Assembly: GCA_031282905.1 (NCBI GenBank)
Contig: JAITCV010000049.1
Location: forward strand, 1-43,919
Source of the DNA: Azoarcus sp.
Lineage (GTDB): Bacteria; Pseudomonadota; Gammaproteobacteria; Burkholderiales; Rhodocyclaceae
Direction of reading: 5' to 3'
DNA length: 43,919 nt
A program made the position numbers and the translations under genes. Below the pieces are notes generated by a model. That model saw only the letters and a program-made list of their open reading frames with translations, was not told the DNA's origin and searched no databases. Positions 36,400 to 43,919 of the stretch are shown piece by piece; the stretch's first letter is position 1, and every line of letters starts with the position of its first letter.

Positions 36400-38457
36400 G
36401 TGAACGGCGGCGCTCCCACATCACCCGCTGATCCGCTGCTCACCGTCGATCGGCTCACGGTCACGATTGGCGGCGGCGCGGGCAGGCACGCGCCGGTTCG
36501 TCCGGTCGAAGGCGTTTGCTTGTCGATCGCGGCGGGCGAGACTTTTGCGCTGGTCGGCGAATCGGGCTGCGGCAAATCGATGACCGCGCTGGCCATCGCC
36601 CGCTTGCTGCCGGAGGCGGGACGCATCGCGGCAGGCACGGTAAAACTCGCGGGGCAGGATTTGCTGGCCTTGCCCGAGGCCCGGATGCGCGAGGTGCGCG
36701 GCGGGCGGATCGGGATGATCTTCCAGGAGCCAGCGACCAGTCTCAACCCGGTGATGACCATCGGCGCCCAGATTCACGAGGCGCTGGCGCTGCATCGCGG
36801 CCTCCGGGGGGCGGCGGCGCGCGCCGAGGCCCGGCGTCTGCTGGATGCCGTGGGCATTCCCGCCGCCGCCGAGCGACTCGATGATTATCCCTTCCAGTTT
36901 TCGGGAGGGATGAAACAGCGGGTCATGATCGCCATGGCGCTCGCGGGCGAGCCCGAGTTGTTGATCGCCGATGAGCCGACCACCGCGCTCGATGTCACCA
37001 TCCAGGCCCAGGTGCTGGATTTGCTCGCCCGTCTCCAAAGCGAGCGCGCCATGGCGATGCTGCTGATTACCCACGACCTTGGCGTGGTTGCGCATGTGGC
37101 GCACAAGGTGGGCGTGCTCTATGCCGGTGAGTTGATCGAGACCGGGCGGCGCGAGGATTTTTTCACCACGCCCCTCCATCCCTACACCCGCCGCTTGTTC
37201 GCGGCCTTGCCCGACAACGCGGCGCATGGACGCATGCTCGATGCGCTGGGGGGCAGCGTGCCAAGACTTGATCAGTCTTTTACCGGCTGCCGTTTTGCCG
37301 CGCGTTGCCCGCAGGTTTTCGAGCGTTGCACGATCGAAGCGCCAGACTGGCATCGAGTCGGCGCGCAGGCGGCGCGTTGCCATCTTCATGAGGCATCGCT
37401 GCAAGCTTGCCTGCAACCCGAGATCAGGACGGACATCAAGGTAGCCACGCTGCCGTCCGCATCGGTCTCGCCGGTGCTCGAAGTGCGCGATCTGGCGGTG
37501 CACTTTCCGCTGAAAAAACGCGCGCTCTTCCAGAAAAGGCAAATATTGCGGGCAGTCGACGGGCTGAATCTCACCCTCGCGCCGGGACGCACCTTGGCAT
37601 TGGTGGGCGAATCCGGTTGCGGCAAAACCACGGCGGGACGGGCCATCCTGCGGCTGGTGCCGCCCACGGCGGGCACGGTGTGGCTCGATGGCGAAGTGCT
37701 GACGGGACGGCGACGTGCCATACGCAAGATGCGGCACGCGGTGCAGATGGTGTTCCAGGATCCATTCGCCTCGCTCGACCCGCGCCTCACCATCGGCGAA
37801 ATTCTCGAAGAAGGCATGCTGAGCCTCGGCGTGGGCGGCAATGCCGCGGCGCGCGAACAAACCATCGACGGCCTGCTCGAACGCATCGGCCTCAGCCCTG
37901 CGGTGCGCGGGCGTTATCCGCACGAATTCTCCGGCGGACAACGCCAACGCATCGCCATCGCGCGCGCGCTGGCGGTCTCGCCCCGGGTCATCGTCTGCGA
38001 CGAGCCGACCAGCGCGCTCGATGTCTCGGTACAGGCCCAGTTGCTCAATCTGATGCGTGAATTGCAACAGGAACGCGGGCTGGCCTATCTCTTCATCACC
38101 CACAATCTCGCCGTGGTGCGCTATCTGGCCGATGAAGTGGCGGTGATGTATCTCGGTCGCATCGTCGAGCAAGGCCCCGTCGACCGGGTACTGGCCGCGC
38201 CCGCCCATCCTTATACCCGCGCCTTGCTGGCTGCGGCCCCCAAGGCCGACGCGCAGGCATGGCAGAACACGCGCCCGGCGGCGATGATCACCGAACCGCC
38301 CTCTCCCGTGGCGCCGCCGCCGGGCTGCCATTTTCATCCCCGCTGCCCACTGGCAAACGAGCTTTGCCGCCGCGCTTTTCCGGATGCGCTCGACTTGGGC
38401 GGACAGTGGAACGTGCGCTGCCACCGGGCGGCGGAACAAGAAGGCGTCCAAAAGTAG
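36400..38457 (+). CDS. fused dipeptide/oligopeptide ABC transporter ATP-binding protein (two NBDs)
   Basis: Two Walker A motifs (GESGCGKS, GESGCGKT), FSGG signatures, DEPT, and two HPY/Cys-rich C-terminal domains. Confidence 0.93.
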   Translation: MNGGAPTSPADPLLTVDRLTVTIGGGAGRHAPVRPVEGVCLSIAAGETFALVGESGCGKSMTALAIARLLPEAGRIAAGTVKLAGQDLLALPEARMREVRGGRIGMIFQEPATSLNPVMTIGAQIHEALALHRGLRGAAARAEARRLLDAVGIPAAAERLDDYPFQFSGGMKQRVMIAMALAGEPELLIADEPTTALDVTIQAQVLDLLARLQSERAMAMLLITHDLGVVAHVAHKVGVLYAGELIETGRREDFFTTPLHPYTRRLFAALPDNAAHGRMLDALGGSVPRLDQSFTGCRFAARCPQVFERCTIEAPDWHRVGAQAARCHLHEASLQACLQPEIRTDIKVATLPSASVSPVLEVRDLAVHFPLKKRALFQKRQILRAVDGLNLTLAPGRTLALVGESGCGKTTAGRAILRLVPPTAGTVWLDGEVLTGRRRAIRKMRHAVQMVFQDPFASLDPRLTIGEILEEGMLSLGVGGNAAAREQTIDGLLERIGLSPAVRGRYPHEFSGGQRQRIAIARALAVSPRVIVCDEPTSALDVSVQAQLLNLMRELQQERGLAYLFITHNLAVVRYLADEVAVMYLGRIVEQGPVDRVLAAPAHPYTRALLAAAPKADAQAWQNTRPAAMITEPPSPVAPPPGCHFHPRCPLANELCRRAFPDALDLGGQWNVRCHRAAEQEGVQK

Positions 38458-38635
38458 AGCCCTGCTTTTTGCCGGTTTCAGTCAGAGGCGAGTTGGCTTT
38501 GCGGCTCACCGGGACGCGGAGCGCGGGAAATAAGCGTCGGAAATCCGCTCTATTCCGTCCATGCCCGGGCGCGGAGGGCTTGCATAATCGTCTCCAGGAT
38601 GCGCCACGAGCGCGAACGAGTCTGGAGAAACGATC

Positions 38636-40099
38636 ATGGACGTCAAACGCTACTTTGCCCCCACCGCGCGTGAAGCCCTGCGCGCGCTGAAGGATGAACT
38701 GGGCGCCGACGCAATCGTGCTGTCCAACCGCGCGGTCGACGGCGGGGTCGAAATTCTCGCCCTGCCCGCCGAAGCGGTGGGCGCGATCCAAAGCCAAAAT
38801 TCCCCTCCCCGCCGCGACCCCGCGCCGCGTCCAGCGGCACGCTTGCCCGGCAGCATCGATGACGATGATTTCCATGTCACCCTGTCCAGCCTTGCCGCCG
38901 GCGCGATTCCACGCCCGGCAACCAGCGCGCGGGGAAACATCACCCCCCCGCCCGCGCAGCGCCAGCCCGTGGTGAAACCTTTTTCCCCGCCCAGGATCGA
39001 GACGGCGGACTACGCCTATCGGGATGCCCATCGCGATCCCCCTCCCACGCCTAAAGCAGCGCCAGCGCCGGTAACCGAGCGCGTGGTGGAAAAAATGGCC
39101 GAACGCGTGGCGGAAAAAGTGGCGGTAGCCGCGCGAGGCGGCGATGCCTTGCGCGTGCGCGAACTCCAGGAAGCCAATACCCGCCTGATGGCCGAGCTTT
39201 CCAGCATCCGCGGCATCATCGAACGCCAACTCGCCGGTTTTGCCTGGAACGAAACCTGCCGCCAGGCCCCGGCGCGCGCGGGAATGCTCGGTCGTCTGCT
39301 TGAAGCGGGCTTTTCGTCCGCGACCGCCAGATTGCTGGTCGAAACCATCCACGAGGAAGCCACCCCCAACCAAGCGCAGGACGCGGTGCGCGCGGCGCTC
39401 GACCGCCGGCTGCGGGTGCATTCCTGCGATAACGAAATCATCGACCAGGGCGGTGTGTTCGCCCTTGTCGGACCGACCGGAGTGGGCAAGACCACGACCA
39501 CGGCCAAACTCGCGGCGCGTTGCGTGGTGCGTCATGGCGCGAGTCGGCTGGCGCTGATCACCACCGACGGTTATCGCATCGGCGCGCAGGAACAATTGCG
39601 CATTTATGGCCGCATCCTCGGCGTGCCGGTGTTCGCCGTGCGCGACACCACCGATCTGCGCCAGACCCTGATGGAGTTGTCCGGCAAGCACATGGTGCTG
39701 ATCGACACCATGGGCATGAGCCAGCGCGACCGCATGGTGGCGGCACAGGCCGCGATGCTCGCGGGCGCGGGCCGGGTGCAACGGCTGCTGCTGCTCAACG
39801 CCACCTGCCGCGGCGATACGCTCGACGACGTGGTGCGCGCCTACGCCGGCCCCGAGCTGGCGGGCTGCATCTTCACCAAAGTGGATGAAGCTGCTTCGCT
39901 CGCCCCGGCGATCGATGTCGCGGCCAGAAACGAAATCGACGTGTTCTACATCGCCAACGGCCAGCGGGTTCCAGAGGATCTGCACCTGCCCAACCGTAGC
40001 TATCTGCTGCATCGCGCCCTGCGCACCGGGCCGGACGAGTCACCGTGGCGGCTCGACGATAATGACGCAGGTATGATTCTTGCCGCACAAGGAGCTTGA
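38636..40099 (+). CDS. flhF: flagellar biosynthesis SRP-family GTPase
   Basis: AL...KDELGADAIVLSNR, GPTGVGKTTTTAKLAA, D.YRIGAQEQL, DTMG, TKVDE, NGQRVPEDL. Confidence 0.96.
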   Translation: MDVKRYFAPTAREALRALKDELGADAIVLSNRAVDGGVEILALPAEAVGAIQSQNSPPRRDPAPRPAARLPGSIDDDDFHVTLSSLAAGAIPRPATSARGNITPPPAQRQPVVKPFSPPRIETADYAYRDAHRDPPPTPKAAPAPVTERVVEKMAERVAEKVAVAARGGDALRVRELQEANTRLMAELSSIRGIIERQLAGFAWNETCRQAPARAGMLGRLLEAGFSSATARLLVETIHEEATPNQAQDAVRAALDRRLRVHSCDNEIIDQGGVFALVGPTGVGKTTTTAKLAARCVVRHGASRLALITTDGYRIGAQEQLRIYGRILGVPVFAVRDTTDLRQTLMELSGKHMVLIDTMGMSQRDRMVAAQAAMLAGAGRVQRLLLLNATCRGDTLDDVVRAYAGPELAGCIFTKVDEAASLAPAIDVAARNEIDVFYIANGQRVPEDLHLPNRSYLLHRALRTGPDESPWRLDDNDAGMILAAQGA

Positions 40100-40100
40100 C

Positions 40101-40886
40101 ATGATCGATGGACGCGAAGACCAGGCCGCGGGCCTGCGCCGCCTTTTCCGCCAGGCGCCGCCGGCGGTCGTTGCCCTTTACGCCACGGGACGCTGGGCTA
40201 CCCAGAACGCCCTGCGCGCATCGCATCGCATCGCCGGACAACACCAGCGCGTGCTGCTGCTCGATGAAGCCCGCGGCGACGAGGCGCTCGGCCCCGTGCT
40301 CGGGTTGGCCCCCGGCCCCGACCTACTGCAAATGCTCGATGGCCGCCTGACCCTGGCCGACTTGTTGCAGCCCGTGCCCGGCCTGATGGGACTGGTTCCG
40401 GCCGCCGCGGCGGCCCTGGCCCTGCCGCTGCTCGACGACGCCCGCCGCACCTGCCTGGTCGAAGCCATCAAGGTGCTGCATCGCCACGCTGGTTTCGTGC
40501 TGATCCACGCCGGACGCGATTCGGCGCGCGATCCCTCGCCTTTCGTGCAGGCCGCCCCCCAGCGCCTGCTGGTCGCCGAAGCCAGCGCCAGTGGCGCAAC
40601 CGAGGCTTACCTCATCACCAAGCAACTGGCGATGGCGGGCGCGGGATCGCTGCACGTCGCGGTGACGCGTGCCCGCAACCATGCCGACAGTGAAGACTTC
40701 TTCGCCTCGCTCCAGACCCTGGTGCGACGCCATGTCGGCGTGGCGCTGGTCTGGCTGGGCGAAATCGAGCATGACGATATCGCGGCGGGGCTCACCCGCA
40801 TGCCCTCGTCCGCCGCCGCCCATGCCGGATCGGCCTTCTTGCGCCGGCTCACCGCAATGAACGCCTGGCGTCCCTCGCCCGCCTGA
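40101..40886 (+). CDS. flhG: FlhG/FleN-like (MinD family) protein with degenerate ATPase motifs
   Basis: N-terminal DQAAGLRRL activator motif, VLLLDE, TEAY...K; position between flhF and fliA; no GKGGVGK Walker A. Confidence 0.75.
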   Translation: MIDGREDQAAGLRRLFRQAPPAVVALYATGRWATQNALRASHRIAGQHQRVLLLDEARGDEALGPVLGLAPGPDLLQMLDGRLTLADLLQPVPGLMGLVPAAAAALALPLLDDARRTCLVEAIKVLHRHAGFVLIHAGRDSARDPSPFVQAAPQRLLVAEASASGATEAYLITKQLAMAGAGSLHVAVTRARNHADSEDFFASLQTLVRRHVGVALVWLGEIEHDDIAAGLTRMPSSAAAHAGSAFLRRLTAMNAWRPSPA

Positions 40887-41046
40887 GTCCCCCATTTTCC
40901 AACCGGGTTCAATCATGACGCATATCGCCTATGCCTTCGAGGCTCACAGCGCTGGAAATGTCGCCTTCTCTAAGGGACAATGTGCCACCCTCACCGCACG
41001 CTCGCCGCTTCCCCGCACACGGGCAAAAAGAACAAAGGTCATCTGG

Positions 41047-41832
41047 ATGTATGACGCTGAAGGCCATCTCGATATCGATCATCTGGTCGTGTCCTACGCG
41101 CCACTGGTCAAGCGCATCGCTTACCAGTTGATGGCAAAACTCCCCGCCAGCGTCGAAGTCGAAGACTTGGTGCAAAACGGCATGATGGGCCTGCTCGACG
41201 CGATCGGCCGCTACGAACAGGGCATGGCGCAATTCGAAACCTATGCCGTACAGCGCATCCGGGGCGCCATGCTCGATGGCCTGCGCGACAACGACTGGGT
41301 GCCACGCAGCCTGCGCCGCGACATGCGGCGCATCGAAGCCGCGATCAACCAGCTCGAACAACAATATGGCCGCGCGCCAAGCGAATCCGAACTGGCCGCA
41401 TGCCTCGGCGTGCCCCTGGATGAATACCAGCACATGCTCGCGGAAGGGCGCGGGCACCAACTGATCTATTTCGACGACTTCGTCCATGAGAATGGCGAGG
41501 ATTACCTCGACCGTCACCTCGGCGAACACGAAACCAATCCACTCGAACTGCTGGAAAACGCCGACATCCGCACCCAACTGGTCAAGGCCATCGAGGCGCT
41601 GCCCGAGCGCGAAAAAATGGTGATGGCGCTCTACTATGACGAAGAACTGAACCTGCGTGAAATCGGCGAAGTCCTCGGCGTCACCGAATCGCGCATCAGC
41701 CAGCTTCACAGCCAGGCGGTCGCGCGGCTGCGCGCCCAGGTGTTCGGCGCCGCCTTGCCGATCAAGGCCAAGAGCCCAAGCGGCGCGCGGCGTGGACGTC
41801 CGCCCAAGAAAACATCGCAGTCCGGCGGCTGA
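41047..41832 (+). CDS. fliA: flagellar sigma factor sigma28
   Basis: YAPLVKRIA..L...LPASVE.EDLVQ.G..GL, RIRGAMLD.LR..DW.PRS, LYY.EELNLREIGEVLGVTESRISQLH. Confidence 0.97.
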   Translation: MYDAEGHLDIDHLVVSYAPLVKRIAYQLMAKLPASVEVEDLVQNGMMGLLDAIGRYEQGMAQFETYAVQRIRGAMLDGLRDNDWVPRSLRRDMRRIEAAINQLEQQYGRAPSESELAACLGVPLDEYQHMLAEGRGHQLIYFDDFVHENGEDYLDRHLGEHETNPLELLENADIRTQLVKAIEALPEREKMVMALYYDEELNLREIGEVLGVTESRISQLHSQAVARLRAQVFGAALPIKAKSPSGARRGRPPKKTSQSGG

Positions 41833-41847
41833 CAGGAAATCGTCGTC

Positions 41848-42588
41848 ATGGACAGCATCAGCCTCATCGGCCTTGCCATCGCCATCGCCGCCATCCTGGG
41901 CGGACAAATGCTCGAAGGCGGCCATCTGTCCTCGCTCATTCAGCCCACCGCCTTCCTGATCGTGGTGGGCGGCACACTCGGCGCCGTGTTGCTGCAAAGC
42001 CCCATGCGCGTGTTCATCGACGGACTGCTCATGGCGAAATGGGTGTTCGTGCCGCCCGTGGCCACACACCAGCAAATCATCACCATGATCACCAACTGGA
42101 GCCTGGTCGCGCGCCGCGACGGCCTGCTTGTGCTTGAACGTCATATCCATGGCCTGACGGACCCATTCATGCGCCGAGGTTTGCAAATGCTGGTCGATGG
42201 CATCGACCCGATGCGCCTGCGCGAATCGCTCGAAATCGAAACCGAAACCTGGGCCTCCCGCCTGCGCCAGTGCGCACGCATCTGGGAAGGCGCGGGCGGC
42301 TATTCGCCGACCATCGGCATTCTCGGCGCGGTAATGGGACTGATTCACGTCATGGAAAACCTCACCGACCCCACCAAGCTCGGCGCCGGCATCGCCGTGG
42401 CCTTCGTTGCCACCATCTACGGCGTCGGACTCGCCAACCTCGTCCTGCTGCCCATCAGCAAAAAACTCTATGCCCACATCGGAAGCATGGTTGAACAACG
42501 CGAGATGTTTACCGAAGGACTGATCGGCATCGCCAACGGCGACAACCCGCGCATCATCGAAGGCCGCCTGCAAGGCTATATGCGCTAA
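41848..42588 (+). CDS. motA: flagellar motor stator subunit (MotA/MotC type)
   Basis: LEGG....L.QPTAF.IV.GGT.GA, YSPTIGILGAVMGLI, IAVAFVATIYG, GDNPRII. Confidence 0.92.
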   Translation: MDSISLIGLAIAIAAILGGQMLEGGHLSSLIQPTAFLIVVGGTLGAVLLQSPMRVFIDGLLMAKWVFVPPVATHQQIITMITNWSLVARRDGLLVLERHIHGLTDPFMRRGLQMLVDGIDPMRLRESLEIETETWASRLRQCARIWEGAGGYSPTIGILGAVMGLIHVMENLTDPTKLGAGIAVAFVATIYGVGLANLVLLPISKKLYAHIGSMVEQREMFTEGLIGIANGDNPRIIEGRLQGYMR

Positions 42589-42600
42589 AGGCAGAGCGAC

Positions 42601-43464
42601 ATGGCACGCCAACGCAAGAAAACCGAGGACGAACACGAAAACCACGAACGCTGGCTGGTGTCCTATGCTGACTTTATAACCCTGCTGTTCGCTTTCTTCG
42701 TGGTGATGTATTCGCTGAGTTCGGTCAATGAAGGCAAATACCGCGTGCTCTCCGATTCACTGGTGCAAGCATTTCGCAACGTCAATCTCAACGAGCAGGA
42801 TCAACAGGGCATCGTGCCGCCGGTCATGGTGGTCTCGCCCAGGATCAAACCCAATACCCATCCTGCCGAAAGCGAAACCACCAGCCGCCGCCATGACAAT
42901 GCTATTCGCATGCGCAATATGGCCGACGCCATCCGCCGCGTGCTCCAGCCCCTCACCGAAAACGGCCAGGTCAGTGTCGCCGAAGGCGCATTCGGCATCA
43001 GCGTGGAAATAAACGCCAGCCTGCTTTTCGCCCCCGGCGACGCCGTGCTGGGCCCGGAAGCGGTCACGGCGTTGCGCGCGGTCGCCAACGTCATCGCCCC
43101 TGCCACCTTCCCGGTGATGGTCGAAGGCCACACCGACAATATCCCGATCAACACCTACCGTTTCCCTTCCAACTGGGAACTATCGGCCTCGCGCGCCTCC
43201 TCGGTGGTGCGGCTCTTCATCGACGCCGGGGTCGCCCCCGCGCGCCTCACCGCCGCTGGTTACGCCGACCAGCGCCCGGTAGACAGCAACGCCACCGAAA
43301 TCGGGCGAGCGCGCAATCGCCGGGTGGCGATCATGATCGAATCACGCGCGGAAGAAGTCAGCCCCACGGCCCCCGACAAGATCGCCGAAGACGACCCCAT
43401 CCGCTCCATCCTGCCGCCTTCGGCTATCCCGCCCCCCGCGTTCGACCATATCGAGGTTCGCTAA
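42601..43464 (+). CDS. motB: flagellar motor stator subunit (MotB/MotD type, OmpA-like domain)
   Basis: HENHERWLVSYADFITLLFAFFVVMY, VEGHTD, SNWELS..RA, NRRV. Confidence 0.93.
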   Translation: MARQRKKTEDEHENHERWLVSYADFITLLFAFFVVMYSLSSVNEGKYRVLSDSLVQAFRNVNLNEQDQQGIVPPVMVVSPRIKPNTHPAESETTSRRHDNAIRMRNMADAIRRVLQPLTENGQVSVAEGAFGISVEINASLLFAPGDAVLGPEAVTALRAVANVIAPATFPVMVEGHTDNIPINTYRFPSNWELSASRASSVVRLFIDAGVAPARLTAAGYADQRPVDSNATEIGRARNRRVAIMIESRAEEVSPTAPDKIAEDDPIRSILPPSAIPPPAFDHIEVR

Positions 43465-43814
43465 GTCATTCCATATCATTCGCGACGCAAAAACGAGCCG
43501 CAACAGTGCAATGGCACGGCAAAGCGAAATCGACAAAGTCACGGATGCCTGGAGATGGAATCAGTCGGCGGCTTGTCATGGGAATCAAGCAAATGGACGA
43601 AACTTTTCCGCTTCGGAAGCGCATTCTTGACGGGCATCCATCCGGAGCCAATGCCGAGTGAATCGCCTATTTCCTCGGCCGAAAGGATCGCAAGGCCCTA
43701 TCGGCAAAGACCAATCCTGACAAGCTCGACGAAGCCAAAGAAAAACTGTTGCCCGTGTTCATGCCTTGACTGATTGATCACATCACTTGTTTATCTTGAC
43801 AAATCATCACACAT

Positions 43815-43844
43815 AAAAAAGCCCGCCATTGAGGCGGGCTTTTT
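43815..43844. terminator. bidirectional intrinsic terminator (rRNA operon end / motB side)
   Basis: AAAAAA-GCCCGCC-ATTGA-GGCGGGC-TTTTT. Confidence 0.9.
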
Positions 43845-43854
43845 GGTGTAGTGA

Positions 43855-43919
43855 GCCTGACGTTGCCCTACTTTCACGAGCGAGAAGCTCACTATCATCG
43901 GCGCGGCCCTGTTTCACGG
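43855..43919 (-). rRNA. rrf: 5S rRNA, 3' portion (truncated by window end)
   Basis: GCCTGACG..G.CCTACTTTCAC......CACTATCATCGGCGC.....GTTTCACGG is the reverse complement of the conserved betaproteobacterial 5S 3' half; the terminator follows. Confidence 0.9.

Noticed and set aside
38460-38635. sigma54 or sigma28 promoter upstream of flhF
   Set aside because: No correctly spaced GG-N10-GC or TAAA-N15-GCCGATAA motif was found by eye.
43465-43814. Small ORFs between motB and the terminator
   Set aside because: Short, with no recognisable motifs; probably intergenic.
1-43919. Many long antisense or alternate-frame ORFs (e.g. 13528-15462 -, 36421-38451 -, 38288-40012 -, 40909-42645 -, 10412-11833 +)
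   Set aside because: They are shadows of well-supported genes in GC-rich DNA, with no recognisable motifs.

Overview
GC-rich (about 60-65% by eye) betaproteobacterial chromosomal segment, Rhodocyclales-like by gene content (inference). It is mostly housekeeping: gloA, tRNA-Lys(CTT), bioB/bioC, comF, htpG, a K+ channel, dgkA, slt, bioFHCD, rsfS-rlmH-maf-rng, gloB, a REC-GGDEF protein, mltD, cadR, slyD, flhF-flhG-fliA-motAB and the 3' end of a 5S rRNA at the right edge. The strongest signal not explained by genes is a XerCD dif-like site at 9426-9453. GC skew appears to flip there and KOPS motifs converge on it, so the window probably holds the replication terminus, only about 34 kb from an rRNA operon end. 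Around it are small compositionally atypical genes (DUF2310, FkbM) bordered by a shared REP-containing repeat. Elsewhere there are several REP-like mosaics, an orphan hicB, a possible integrase scar at tRNA-Lys, and a methyltransferase(-kinase-like) plus TPR-glycosyltransferase pair appended to rng. I found no intact mobile element, CRISPR array or complete defence system. All product calls come from motif recognition by eye, without database searches.
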